In this document: positions 54,792 through 64,000 of the stretch, piece after piece
Layout: every line of letters starts with the position of its first letter
Numbering within the stretch: position 1 is the stretch's first letter
Origin: Zeaxanthinibacter sp.
GTDB taxonomy: Bacteria; Bacteroidota; Bacteroidia; Flavobacteriales; Flavobacteriaceae
NCBI GenBank assembly: GCA_041743975.1
Contig: JBGTLT010000162.1
Location: forward strand, 12,743-76,742
Direction: 5' to 3'
Length of the DNA: 64,000 nucleotides
Notes under the pieces: generated by a model
Database searches by the model: none
What the model was told of the DNA's origin: nothing
The model's input: the letters and a program-made list of their open reading frames with translations, nothing else
Program-made: the position numbers and the translations under genes

Positions 54792-55130
54792 ATGGAAAAA
54801 CTCTTAACGGCAATCAGTATTTGCCAACTATGTTTACCAACCCTTTAGGTGCAAAGCCTGTTTTAGCTGCACATGCTCAGGCGCAAATAGTGACAATCGG
54901 GTTGGCACCCGTGGTAAAAATACACCAGGGAGGTATCCCTTGGGATGGGCGGAGTGGCAGGCAGTTGCGCAAATGGCTGTGAATAGCACCTGCCCTGTCA
55001 AAATTGCAATAATGCCCAGGGGCTAGCCCAGGGCCCGGGTGTTCCGGGGATACAGGTTCCGGCTTTCCAAAAACCTCTGGCTTTAAAGGGTGGAGGTACC
55101 CGTATTGCGAAGCCTGGCCTCCTTCATCCT
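54792..55130 (+). pseudogene. decayed, C-terminally truncated remnant of a uracil-DNA glycosylase-superfamily gene
   Basis: Frame 1 from the ATG at 54792 gives MEKLLTAISICQLCLPTL followed by a stop. A second frame continues NPLGAKPVLAAHAQAQIVTIGLAPVVKIHQGGIPWDGRSGRQLRKWL followed by a stop. A third frame gives VNSTCPVKIAIMPRG followed by a stop. This resembles the C..C-P-LPLGA-PV...IIGQAPG..VH.SGIPW.D.SG.RLR.WL pattern of UDG-family proteins. The region ends at the ade 3' end. Confidence 0.5.
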
Positions 55131-56759
55131 TCACTCTTGATCCTGCAACCTTACAAACCGGAAATCACGGCCACTGAAAAGGCCCCTGTCCGATAGCTTT
55201 AGGTCGGGGATTACCAATAGGGCCATGAAAGAGAGCGTCATAAAGGGGGCACTCAATGTACTGCCCATGGATTTTGCAATGGCGTCCAGCGCCTCATATT
55301 CCCGGGCTGTTTCCCAGCCATCAAGCCCACTCATAATTCCGGCAACGGCCAGGGGAAGGCATCTTTGGGTTCCGGCATCAACCGCACAAATTCCGCCCTT
55401 ATTTGCTATCAGGAGGTTTACCGCTTTACAGATCATTTCATCTGAAACGCCAACTGCTATGATATTGTGGGAATCATGGGCTACCGAACTTGCAATGGCG
55501 CCCCTCTTTAAACCGAAATTTTTTATAAACGCCACCGCAGGGTCGTGTTCCGTATAACGGTTGACCACACTTATTTTTAAAATATCGTTGTTCACGTCCG
55601 GGGCTAGTCCCCCGTTGATCACAAGGGGCCTTGCATATATTTCCTTTGTCACGAGCTGCCCGTCCAGCGCCTCAATTACCTGTATTTCCGTTCCCCTTCC
55701 CTTGAGATAGAAATCCGATACTTTCCGGGGACTAATCCGGAAATTATTCGGTTTTGAAAAAGGGACCGGCGCAATTAGTGAACGCCCGTCTTCCGCCACC
55801 AATATACCATTTATATAGGTCTGCAATACGCCGAAACCCTCCAGGTCCTTCACGCAAATGAAATCAGCAACATCTCCTTCGTGCAGCAGGCCTACCTCCA
55901 TATTGTAATGATGGACAGGATTGATACAAGCCGCCTGCAAAACGTTAAAAACATCAATTCCCCTGCCAACTGCCCGCGCACACAATTGGTTGATATGCCC
56001 CACCAGTAAGTCGTTCGGATGTTTATCATCGGAGCAGAACATCACCTGCCCGGCATGGTCCGGCAATAAGGCGATCAGTGCATCGAAGTTACGGGCAGCA
56101 CTGCCTTCCCGAATCAATATTTTCATCCCATGGCCAAGCTTTTCCATGGCTTCTTCCAGACTGAAACATTCATGGTCCGTACCAATTCCAGCTTCACAAT
56201 ATTTGCGGCACTGTTCACCTCGTAACCCCGGGGCATGCCCGTCTACAGGTTTTCCGGATTCCAACGCGAATTTTATTTTTTGAAGCACCTCCGGATCCCT
56301 GTTAAGGACCCCTGGATAATTCATCATTTCAGCTAGATAATAGATGTCCGAAGAAGCCATTAATGCACGGATGCCTGCAGCGTCGATGACGGCCCCCGCA
56401 GTCTCAAAATTGGTGGCCGGGACGCAGGAAGGCGCCCCAAAATGAAACTTAAAGGGTACTTGTTTTCCGTTGTTGATCATAAACTCCACCCCGGCCACCC
56501 CCAGGACATTGGCGATTTCATGGGGATCCGATACGGTGGCAACGGTTCCGTGAACCACTGCCAGTCGGGCAAATTCGGAAGGGACGAGCATGGAACTCTC
56601 AATATGGATATGGGCATCGATGAACCCCGGGAGAATAAAAGGTCCGGTTTGGCTTTCTGTTTCCCGAATGCGCGCTATCTTTCCGTCCGTTATCGTAATT
56701 TCCGCGGGATAGATACGCCTGGCGGAAATATCAACCAATTGTCCCGTTATCTTCTTCAT
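55131..56759 (-). CDS. ade: adenine deaminase
   Basis: 542 aa. The metal-ligand motif [17 protein letters not shown] is typical of adenine deaminase. Confidence 0.92.
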   Translation of the reverse strand: MKKITGQLVDISARRIYPAEITITDGKIARIRETESQTGPFILPGFIDAHIHIESSMLVPSEFARLAVVHGTVATVSDPHEIANVLGVAGVEFMINNGKQVPFKFHFGAPSCVPATNFETAGAVIDAAGIRALMASSDIYYLAEMMNYPGVLNRDPEVLQKIKFALESGKPVDGHAPGLRGEQCRKYCEAGIGTDHECFSLEEAMEKLGHGMKILIREGSAARNFDALIALLPDHAGQVMFCSDDKHPNDLLVGHINQLCARAVGRGIDVFNVLQAACINPVHHYNMEVGLLHEGDVADFICVKDLEGFGVLQTYINGILVAEDGRSLIAPVPFSKPNNFRISPRKVSDFYLKGRGTEIQVIEALDGQLVTKEIYARPLVINGGLAPDVNNDILKISVVNRYTEHDPAVAFIKNFGLKRGAIASSVAHDSHNIIAVGVSDEMICKAVNLLIANKGGICAVDAGTQRCLPLAVAGIMSGLDGWETAREYEALDAIAKSMGSTLSAPFMTLSFMALLVIPDLKLSDRGLFSGRDFRFVRLQDQE

Positions 56760-56834
56760 TGGCGGGTATAGTTTACTATTCTGTGGGGTGCTTTAGCGCG
56801 ATTGGTCAAATTTTTTACAGTTCTGAAATCCTGG

Positions 56835-57425
56835 TCACCGGTGTTTTCCTTTCGCCCACCCGTATTTCCCCAGGTATTTATCGCCGCTTTCCTGTGCTCC
56901 TGGTTCGAGCGAGGTCCCCATGGAGTCGTTCCATCGGTTAAGGTATCCAAAAAGGGATATCACTCCGAGCATTTCAACGATCTCACCCTCGTCCCAGAAT
57001 TGGTAAAGGCGGTCTTTTATCTCCTCGTCAACGGCATTGGGTACCTGCGATGCGGCCAGGGCAAAATCGAGTGCCACCCGCTCAGCTTCTGAAAAAGCCG
57101 GATGATTCCGGTACGCCCATATGTTATCCAATTGCTCCCGGGCTGCCCCATACCGCTCTGCGGCCCGGATGGCATGAGCCTGGCAATACCGGCAGCCTGT
57201 GGCATTGCTGCTTACCCAGGCGATCATCCGCTTTAATGCGGAGGATAAGCCACCTTCATTGGCCATTACGGCTTTGTTAAGGTTTATGAAGGCTTTTGAT
57301 ATTGCGGGCCTGTGCTGCATAGTCAGCACAGAATTTGGGCAAAACCCCAGGGTTTCAATAAAGAATTCAGCCAATTTTTGAGTCTCCTCATCAAAGTCTG
57401 CGGCAAGGGGTTTTACAAGGGGCAT
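56835..57425 (-). CDS. carboxymuconolactone decarboxylase/AhpD-like peroxidase-related protein
   Basis: 196 aa with an AhpD-type CxxC-like motif (GCRYCQAH). Confidence 0.78.
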   Translation of the reverse strand: MPLVKPLAADFDEETQKLAEFFIETLGFCPNSVLTMQHRPAISKAFINLNKAVMANEGGLSSALKRMIAWVSSNATGCRYCQAHAIRAAERYGAAREQLDNIWAYRNHPAFSEAERVALDFALAASQVPNAVDEEIKDRLYQFWDEGEIVEMLGVISLFGYLNRWNDSMGTSLEPGAQESGDKYLGKYGWAKGKHR

Positions 57426-57443
57426 CTTACTTAATTATTGTTG

Positions 57444-57451
57444 TATTTTTG
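57444..57451 (+). promoter_or_regulatory. candidate Bacteroidota -7 promoter box (TATTTTTG) for the OsmC-family gene
   Basis: Matches TAnnTTTG, 23 nt upstream of the ATG at 57475. Confidence 0.4.
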
Positions 57452-57474
57452 TTCCCTGCAAGAAACGAAAAAAT

Positions 57475-57903
57475 ATGGGCACCACAAATCATATCACTAC
57501 CAAATGGCTGGGCAATATGGCTTTTGAAAGCAGCAACCCCTCCGGCCTGTCACTAAGGATTGAAGCGGGCCCGGACGATGGGGGCGAAGGCAACGGATTA
57601 CGCCCCAAGGCGCTGATGCTTTCCAGCCTGGCCGGATGCACAGGCATTGATATTGCCTCCCTTATCCGGAAAATGAAACTGGATGTATCCGATTTCAGTA
57701 TTGAAACCATAGCCAACCTTACGGATGAACACCCAAAGTACTATGACAGCGTGGTGATAGAATTCCATTTCCATGGAAAAGACCTGCAGGCGGATAAACT
57801 GCAAAAAGCCGTGGACCTGTCTGTGGAGAAATATTGCGGGGTCATGGAAATGTTCCGGCAGTTTGCACAACTCGAAATTAAAACTTTCTTTCATAAGGCA
57901 TGA
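57475..57903 (+). CDS. OsmC family peroxiredoxin-like protein
   Basis: 142 aa. Conserved Cys contexts (LAGCTGID and EKYCGV) are typical of OsmC/Ohr. Confidence 0.85.
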   Translation: MGTTNHITTKWLGNMAFESSNPSGLSLRIEAGPDDGGEGNGLRPKALMLSSLAGCTGIDIASLIRKMKLDVSDFSIETIANLTDEHPKYYDSVVIEFHFHGKDLQADKLQKAVDLSVEKYCGVMEMFRQFAQLEIKTFFHKA

Positions 57904-58049
57904 CCTAAATTATAGTATATGGATTGGTGGAAAGGGCCCTGCCAGGAAATTGAGTTTCCGGACAGTTCAGGGCACAGCTATCGTCGTAATCCCTGCATGC
58001 TGCTTACAGGGAAATTGTATATTTTGTTAATGCTGTAGACCCCTCTAAA

Positions 58050-59744
58050 ATGCGCTGGACACTTAAACCAAAACCCGATCCCGAACAGCTAAATGCACTG
58101 GCTTCCTCCCTTAAGGTAGACCCCCTCATTGCGGGCCTGTTGATCCAGCGGGGAATAACGAGCTATGAAGAGGCCAGGCGGTTTTTCAGGCCTCAGCTGA
58201 CAGACTTGCACGATCCTTTCCTTATGAAAGACATGGATCTTGCCGTGCACCGCATTGAAACCGCCATAGCCCGGGATGAAAATATCCTGGTCTATGGGGA
58301 TTATGATGTGGATGGTACAACCGCTGTCGCCCTGGTCTCATCGTATTTGCTGACCTTTTACCCTAATGTAGCCACTTATATCCCGGATCGGTATGGGGAA
58401 GGATATGGTATTTCATACAAGGGAATCGACTTTGCAGAGGATAATGGTTTCAGCCTCATAATTGCCCTGGATTGCGGGGTAAAGGCCAATGCGAAAGTGG
58501 AATATGCCAGGGAAAAGGGGATCGATTTTATAATTTGTGATCATCACAGGCCCGGTGCGGTACTCCCTGATGCTGTTGCTGTACTCGATCCTAAAAGGGA
58601 TGATTGCCTTTATCCCTACGATGAACTCTGCGGCTGTGGCATAGGCTTCAAGCTGGTCCAGGCCCTTGCGTCGAAAAAAGAAATATACACAGAGGACCTT
58701 TTTTCGTACCTCGATCTGGTAGCCACGGCAATTGGGGCTGACATAGTTCCCATAACCGGGGAGAACAGGGTGTTGGCATATTACGGCCTGCAGGTGATCA
58801 ATTCCATACCAAGGGCAGGCTTCAAGGCAATCATAGATCCAATAAGGAAAAAGGAACTTACCATCACGGATGTGGTCTTTATACTGGCACCCCGTATCAA
58901 CGCTGCCGGAAGGATGATGCACGGACAACATGCGGTCAATTTGCTCACGGAAACCCAAATGGGGAAGGCTGCTGAATTTGCACGGGAAATAGAACAGTTC
59001 AATACGGACAGGAGGGGGCTCGACAAGGAAATTACCCTGGAAGCCCTGGAGCAGATTCGGAAGAATAATGAACAAAACCGCTTTACCTCGGTGGTATATA
59101 GCGAATCATGGCATAAAGGGGTAATTGGGATTGTAGCTTCCCGACTTACAGAGACCTATTACCGGCCAACTTTGGTCTTTACAAAAAGCGGTGATAGACT
59201 GGCGGCATCAGCTCGTTCCGTAAGCGGATTTGATGTCTATGAGGCATTGGAAGGCTGTTCGGAATGCATTGAACAATTCGGAGGCCATAAATATGCCGCA
59301 GGGCTTACCCTGAAGGAGGATCGCTATATGGATTTTAAAACCCGGTTTGAAGAGGTGGTTTCCCGTACCATAGATCCTCAACTCCTGATTCCGGAAATCA
59401 AGGTGGATGCCTGGATAACACTGGCAGACATAACCCCTAAACTCCTCCGGATCATACAGCAGTTTGGCCCTTTTGGCCCTGGAAATAGCGCGCCTGTATT
59501 CATGGCTGAGAACCTGATGGATACCGGGTATGGAAAAAAGGTAGGGGAAGAGGGCAGCCATTTAAAACTATCCGTAATGCAACCCGGTACGGGCCCTGTT
59601 AGTGCCATTGGATTTAATTTAGGAGGAAAATGGGCAACAGTGTCGGATAAAAAACCATTTTCCGCAGTATTTTACGTAGAGGAAAATGAATGGCAGGGCA
59701 TGGTAAGCCTGCAATTAAAGATCAAAGACGTTATTGGATCCTGA
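58050..59744 (+). CDS. recJ: single-stranded-DNA-specific exonuclease RecJ
   Basis: 564 aa. DHH motifs (VYGDYDVDGTT, DCGV, ICDHH) and a DHHA1 region (GGHKYAAG). Confidence 0.95.
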   Translation: MRWTLKPKPDPEQLNALASSLKVDPLIAGLLIQRGITSYEEARRFFRPQLTDLHDPFLMKDMDLAVHRIETAIARDENILVYGDYDVDGTTAVALVSSYLLTFYPNVATYIPDRYGEGYGISYKGIDFAEDNGFSLIIALDCGVKANAKVEYAREKGIDFIICDHHRPGAVLPDAVAVLDPKRDDCLYPYDELCGCGIGFKLVQALASKKEIYTEDLFSYLDLVATAIGADIVPITGENRVLAYYGLQVINSIPRAGFKAIIDPIRKKELTITDVVFILAPRINAAGRMMHGQHAVNLLTETQMGKAAEFAREIEQFNTDRRGLDKEITLEALEQIRKNNEQNRFTSVVYSESWHKGVIGIVASRLTETYYRPTLVFTKSGDRLAASARSVSGFDVYEALEGCSECIEQFGGHKYAAGLTLKEDRYMDFKTRFEEVVSRTIDPQLLIPEIKVDAWITLADITPKLLRIIQQFGPFGPGNSAPVFMAENLMDTGYGKKVGEEGSHLKLSVMQPGTGPVSAIGFNLGGKWATVSDKKPFSAVFYVEENEWQGMVSLQLKIKDVIGS

Positions 59745-59809
59745 ATTTGGGCACTCAATTTCCCGGCTGCCGGTGAAGAAATTCAGATTGGCCGGGTCAC
59801 CGCGCTAAA

Positions 59810-60577
59810 TCAGGGGTGGAATTTTTCCAGGGTTAATTTATCGCCGTCAAAAACAGCGTAGGTAAAATAGGTTATCCAGTCCCCCAAATTGACATATCGG
59901 GAAGATTCATCCAAATCGACATCCAGCGGGAGATGCCGGTGTCCAAATACAAAATAATCGTAATGGCATTCTTCCAGTTTCCTTCTGGCGTATTGCACCA
60001 GCCATTCCTTATCCTCCCCCAGAAACCGGACATCCTCTTCCCCGGAGATCATTTTATTTTTTACTGAAAGATACTGGGCCAGGCGTATCCCCCAATCCGG
60101 ATGGAGCCATCTGTAAAACCATTTCGATGCAGGGTTTGTAAAGACCTTTTTCATTCGTTTGTAACCGGTATCACCGGGTCCCAGCCCATCGCCATGAGCA
60201 ATAAAAAAGGTTTGCTTATTGAAGGTATATTGCCTTGGGCTTTTGTAGACAGGGATGTTCAATTCCTCTTCAAAATAGCCATCCATCCAGAGGTCGTGGT
60301 TTCCCACAAAATAGTATACCTGAATTCCTGAATCCGTAATCTCTGCCAGCTTGCCAAGGGTTCGGGTAAACCCTTTAGGGACAACAGTTTTATACTCGAA
60401 CCAGAAATCGAAGAGGTCTCCCAGTAAAAATATTACCGCTGCGTCCTTTTTTACAACGTCCAACCAGGCCACGAACCGCTTCTCCCTTGGGAGGCTTTCC
60501 CTCCTTGAAGGTGCCCCTAAATGATTGTCGCTTGCAAAGTAAACCTTTTTGCCTTCCGGGATCTGGATATGTTTCAT
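59810..60577 (-). CDS. lpxH: UDP-2,3-diacylglucosamine diphosphatase
   Basis: Start at the ATG at 60577 gives MKHIQIPEGKKVYFASDNHLG. Calcineurin-like metallophosphoesterase motifs are present (GDLFDFW, GNHD, GHRH). The longer track ORF adds an implausible N-terminus. Confidence 0.86.
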   Translation of the reverse strand: MKHIQIPEGKKVYFASDNHLGAPSRRESLPREKRFVAWLDVVKKDAAVIFLLGDLFDFWFEYKTVVPKGFTRTLGKLAEITDSGIQVYYFVGNHDLWMDGYFEEELNIPVYKSPRQYTFNKQTFFIAHGDGLGPGDTGYKRMKKVFTNPASKWFYRWLHPDWGIRLAQYLSVKNKMISGEEDVRFLGEDKEWLVQYARRKLEECHYDYFVFGHRHLPLDVDLDESSRYVNLGDWITYFTYAVFDGDKLTLEKFHP

Positions 60578-60730
60578 CAGGGATAAATATACGCATTGCG
60601 CCCTGCCCCTCCAATACGGGATCCCTAAAACCAGGAACGCCGGGGTACAAAATGATGTCATTGATCCCGGGCAGCGGAAATTAAATGGTTCCCGGCAAAC
60701 CAGCCAGGCAGGTTACAAATTGATCGCTCC

Positions 60731-61180
60731 TCAATTGTCTGCGGCATGCCACTCGGCATAGGCAGTCTCTGTTTCCCGCAATAGCAAGGAGTGCAACCTG
60801 ATATTTTCAGGCAACCGCGCCTTGATTCTGGTTGCAAAATCAGCGACCATATTTTCACTGGTTGGCTGGTATCCGGCCAGGATAACTTTATGGCCCCTTG
60901 CTTCAAGTTCCTGTGCCAGTTCAATATGCGGTGTAAACTTATTGAAGACAGTAGCATGGTCAAAGGGATCCACCACTTCCTCTTTCACTATCTTCTTGAG
61001 GTCCCCAAAATCAATTACCATTCCTAATTTAACGTCGGACTCATCTGAAATAGGGGTTCCTATGACGGTAACTGAGAGCTTATAGCTGTGTCCGTGCACA
61101 TTCCGGCATTTGCCGTCATAGCCGTAAAGGGCATGGCCTGTTTCAAAAGTGAATTGTTTGGTAATCCTTATATTGCTCAT
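60731..61180 (-). CDS. queD: 6-carboxytetrahydropterin synthase
   Basis: 149 aa with the QueD signature C-x3-H-G-H (CRNVHGHSYKL). Confidence 0.9.
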   Translation of the reverse strand: MSNIRITKQFTFETGHALYGYDGKCRNVHGHSYKLSVTVIGTPISDESDVKLGMVIDFGDLKKIVKEEVVDPFDHATVFNKFTPHIELAQELEARGHKVILAGYQPTSENMVADFATRIKARLPENIRLHSLLLRETETAYAEWHAADN

Positions 61181-61245
61181 GACGGTATACGTTGCTGGGA
61201 AAGTTAGTGATTGAGGCGGACTAAAACTGCAAGGTTCCTATCGGC

Positions 61246-61359
61246 CTATCGCTTAGGCCGCCGCTTAGACCGGAACCTGTTGATGGCATAGACCACCAGT
61301 ACTAATAAGGCTAAAATCAGGAAAACAAAGTTTCCGTTCAAATAATCAAAAATCATCAT
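61246..61359 (-). CDS. candidate small membrane protein (37 aa), below the ORF-track length cutoff
   Basis: Hand translation gives MMIFDYLNGNFVFLILALLVLVVYAINRFRSKRRPKR followed by a stop: one hydrophobic helix plus a basic tail. It begins 4 nt after the enoyl-CoA hydratase stop. There is no other support. Confidence 0.3.
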   Translation of the reverse strand: MMIFDYLNGNFVFLILALLVLVVYAINRFRSKRRPKR

Positions 61360-61363
61360 AGGG

Positions 61364-62131
61364 CTACTTATTATAATTATCAAGAGCTTGCCGTGTAGCA
61401 GGGGACATAGCCAGCTTTCCGGAAACCTCTGCCCGCTCGAGGAGGAGTTCGTCCCAATGGCCTGTATCTTCCCACAGCACCTTTTTCAGTGCCACAAGGG
61501 CTTCTAAATTATAGGACGCAAGCTTCCTGGTAAAGAAAAGGAGTTCTTTATCCATCGCTTTGTCATCATCAAAAACTTTGGAATACAGCCCTTTCTCAAG
61601 CGCCCAGTAGGCATTCTTCCATTCATCAGGTGCGAGGGAAAGTTCAGCCAGGCCCGCAGCACCTGTTTTTCGTGAAACAGCAGCAGCAATGACAAGGGGC
61701 GCTATCCCAAGAGCAAGCTCTGACAACCGGAGAGCGGCCGCTTCTGTCGCGAAGACATAATCACATGCCGAAATCAGGCCCACACCCCCGCCTACGGCTT
61801 TTCCCTGTACCCTGCCAACGATGGGTTTGGTACACAGTCGCATGGTATTGATCAGTTGGGCAAAACCGGCGAAAAATGCTTTGCCCTCGTCGGGATTGGA
61901 GATTTGTTGCATTTCATCAAAGGAGGCACCCGCACAAAAGGCGCGATCCCCATCAGATTTCAGGAGAATTACGGACACCTGGGGATCGTCTGACAGTTCC
62001 CTTAAAGAGTCAGTCAATCGATCCAGCAATTCCCGGACAAAGGAATTACCCGCAGGATGGCCGAATTCAACGGTCGCTACCCCATCAGCTATCCTGGTAT
62101 AGAGACTTCCATTTGATCTTTCCGTGCCCAT
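61364..62131 (-). CDS. enoyl-CoA hydratase/isomerase (crotonase) family protein
   Basis: 255 aa with a crotonase-fold oxyanion region (FCAGASFDE ... GKAVGGGVGL). Confidence 0.85.
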   Translation of the reverse strand: MGTERSNGSLYTRIADGVATVEFGHPAGNSFVRELLDRLTDSLRELSDDPQVSVILLKSDGDRAFCAGASFDEMQQISNPDEGKAFFAGFAQLINTMRLCTKPIVGRVQGKAVGGGVGLISACDYVFATEAAALRLSELALGIAPLVIAAAVSRKTGAAGLAELSLAPDEWKNAYWALEKGLYSKVFDDDKAMDKELLFFTRKLASYNLEALVALKKVLWEDTGHWDELLLERAEVSGKLAMSPATRQALDNYNK

Positions 62132-62173
62132 ATAATATGCAATAAGGTTTTGATAAATTTTACCACCACAAAA

Positions 62174-63508
62174 TTAAACCTTTTGTAATAGGGGCCGAAA
62201 TTTTTGATTGAACTTCCACAAAAGGGCTCCGCCCCGTATGAGCATCCAGACAATAAAAGCCATCCAGATACCATAGAGGCCTAAATGGAGTAATTTACCA
62301 ACAAAAAGGACAGGCACAAACCCTAAGAAAGTTGCGGCAAGTAACACATTCCTCAGGTATCTCATTTCCCCCAGACCTTTGAAAAGGCCATCCAGCACAA
62401 AGGCTATGGTATTTATGGGGAACCCCAGAATAACAATGATAAATATAGAATAGAAGGCAGCGAGGACATCCACCTCCTGGGAGAACAACCGCCCTATGGG
62501 CTTATAAAGCAAAAAGCACAGCAACATGAGGATTAGGCTGACACCCATTCCGTATAGGATGATCCGCCCGGCGAGTTTCCACAATCCATTATAGTCCTTT
62601 GCACCTAAAAGTTTCCCGCCAAGAATATTCCCTGCAGCCCCGTATCCATCGATAAAAAAGGCTGCGAAGAGCCAGATGTTGACAGCAATTGTGTGGGCCC
62701 CGATATATCGGTCGCCCAGAGCGACCGCTTCGCGGACCGCCAGGATCAATGCCGTATTGAGTGCCAAAGCCCGAACGAACAGATTAAGGCTCATGACCAC
62801 CAATCTCCCTAACTCAGGGTGAATGGGGAGTCTGAGTTTGAGGCTGATCCCGGTCTTCAGGAGTAGCAGGATAAAAGCCATTACGGCCATAACCCCTTGT
62901 GCGATAAGACTTGCCCAGGCAGCCCCTTCCACATACATTGGCTCTATAAAGCCCGATATACCAAACACCAGGATAAAATCAAGGATAACATTCAGGAGGG
63001 CACCTGTAACCGCTATGACCATGGGCCAATAGGTATTCTGAAGGCCCCTGAAAATGCCCATAACGGCAAATACAAATAACGTAAGGGGAAACCCCCATAC
63101 ACGGATGGAATAATAGGAAACACAGAATTGAAGTATTTTCCCGGAGGCATTCAAAAGCAAAAATATCTCCTCAACAATAAAAATTGTGGACAGAAGTATC
63201 AGTATGCTCAGCAGGATATTGAAAAATATCGCCTGGGCAGGCAGGTCTTCCACCTCTGCAATACGTCCTGCACCCAGGTATTGGGATATAATGGCCGATA
63301 TGGCACTCCGGGTTTGCCCAAGGATCCAGATCAGCATGGATAAAAACGAGCCTACAATCCCAAGCGCCGCCAGGGATTCAAGGCCATCATAAGGGATATT
63401 CCCCACAATTGCTGTGTCCGTTATCGATAAGAGGGGTTCTGAAATACCTGCTATGGTTGCCGGTATGGCAAGGTTGTTAATGGATTTTAGGGTGATTTGG
63501 GTTCTCAA
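62174..63508 (-). CDS. MATE family efflux transporter
   Basis: 444 aa with 12 TM segments. N-terminal NLAIPATIAGISEPLLSITDTAIVG is typical of MATE. The start is a TTG. Confidence 0.86.
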   Translation of the reverse strand: MRTQITLKSINNLAIPATIAGISEPLLSITDTAIVGNIPYDGLESLAALGIVGSFLSMLIWILGQTRSAISAIISQYLGAGRIAEVEDLPAQAIFFNILLSILILLSTIFIVEEIFLLLNASGKILQFCVSYYSIRVWGFPLTLFVFAVMGIFRGLQNTYWPMVIAVTGALLNVILDFILVFGISGFIEPMYVEGAAWASLIAQGVMAVMAFILLLLKTGISLKLRLPIHPELGRLVVMSLNLFVRALALNTALILAVREAVALGDRYIGAHTIAVNIWLFAAFFIDGYGAAGNILGGKLLGAKDYNGLWKLAGRIILYGMGVSLILMLLCFLLYKPIGRLFSQEVDVLAAFYSIFIIVILGFPINTIAFVLDGLFKGLGEMRYLRNVLLAATFLGFVPVLFVGKLLHLGLYGIWMAFIVWMLIRGGALLWKFNQKFRPLLQKV

Positions 63509-63518
63509 AAAATTATTC

Positions 63519-64000
63519 TTACAGCACTAATTCATAGCAATGAAATGGATGGGTGCTCTGTTTGGGGAAGTAAATATCACTTAATTTTTGGTATCCCCTT
63601 TTTTCATAAAAGAGTTGGTTCCCTTTATTCTGACTGAAGGTATCCAGCCGCACGGAAGCACATCCCTTTTCCCGGCTGAAAGCTTCAGCGAAATCCATCA
63701 GCTTCCGGGCATACCCCTTACCCTGGTAACGGGGGTGTACGGCGAGTCGATGGATATAAGTGTGTGTTGAGGTTGGACAACACCAGGCTACATCGTTATA
63801 TTCCTCGTCCATGCGCGTTGAAATGACCACAAGGCCTTTAAGGGTTTCGTCCTCTTCAAGGACGAATAATTCCTTTCGGGCGAAGTCTGTCTCCAGAATT
63901 GACAGGGATGGATAATGTTGGTTCCATTGATAAATCCCGTTGTGGATCATAGATGCCGAACATGCCCGTGTGATCTCCAGAATTTCAGGTATTTCCAGTA
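63519..64000 (-). CDS. GNAT family N-acetyltransferase, partial (5' end beyond the right window edge)
   Basis: Acetyl-CoA-binding motif RLAVHPRYQGKGYARKLM. The frame stays open upstream of the M at 63950 to the window edge (...LEIPEILEITRACSAS-MIHNG), so the true start is probably outside the window. Confidence 0.8.
   Translation of the reverse strand, partial: LEIPEILEITRACSASMIHNGIYQWNQHYPSLSILETDFARKELFVLEEDETLKGLVVISTRMDEEYNDVAWCCPTSTHTYIHRLAVHPRYQGKGYARKLMDFAEAFSREKGCASVRLDTFSQNKGNQLFYEKRGYQKLSDIYFPKQSTHPFHCYELVL

Noticed and set aside
54877-55134. 85-aa minus-strand ORF in the rsmI-ade gap
   Set aside because: It is antisense to the UDG-family remnant, which explains the region better. 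The sequence is Pro/Gly-rich and not protein-like.
61181-61245. Possible preQ1 riboswitch upstream of queD, and an FMN riboswitch upstream of ribE (36876..36934)
   Set aside because: The spacers are only about 60 nt, and I could not find the conserved preQ1 or FMN element cores by eye. A covariance-model scan would be needed to be certain.
1-64000. Search for tRNA, rRNA, CRISPR arrays, transposases, integrases, toxin-antitoxin pairs or recognisable phage-defence genes
   Set aside because: None was found by eye in the intergenic gaps or the ORF translations. This was a visual scan only; tRNAscan, Infernal and defence-system HMMs would be the definitive check.

Overview
Densely packed chromosomal segment of about 60 genes with Bacteroidota hallmarks: a SusC/SusD pair, many lipoprotein-type glycan enzymes, and TAnnTTTG -7 boxes 20-35 nt upstream of several starts. 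By eye there is no rRNA, tRNA, CRISPR array, transposase or integrase. Left to right the window holds: (1) a partial DoxX gene. (2) A hexuronate module (uxaB, TRAP dctMQP, uxaC). (3) A secreted hypothetical protein. (4) A polysaccharide utilisation locus with a transmembrane beta-propeller/YYY/LuxR regulator, SusC, SusD, a triple-LamG lipoprotein, two tandem glucoamylase-family (GH144-type) lipoproteins and a GH43-plus-discoidin enzyme. (5) An exported PHP phosphoesterase, a formylglycine-type sulfatase, an EEP phosphoesterase, TauE, a Na/solute symporter and an HGSNAT-like membrane acyltransferase. (6) A six-gene block at 30.06-36.27 kb, the most unusual content: two esterases, an ATP-grasp ligase with a histone-H1-like Lys/Ala tail, a GCS2 carboxylate-amine ligase, a GATase1-fold hydrolase and an ORF with apparently permuted ATP-grasp motifs. 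I read this block as a candidate pathway for an uncharacterised gamma-glutamyl peptide or thiol. (7) A housekeeping right half: ribE, pdxA, yceD-rpmF, fabH-accB-accC, arfB, prolyl oligopeptidase, asd, mscL, alr, tdk, rsmI, ade, recJ, lpxH, queD, MATE and GNAT. Other observations: a low-GC susC/susD/LamG cassette; a roughly 90-nt structured intergenic repeat present twice in the same transcriptional orientation; a decayed uracil-DNA-glycosylase-family remnant; a 37-codon membrane ORF below the ORF-track cutoff; and short direct-repeat arrays upstream of susC. All family calls come from motif recognition and memory, not database searches.
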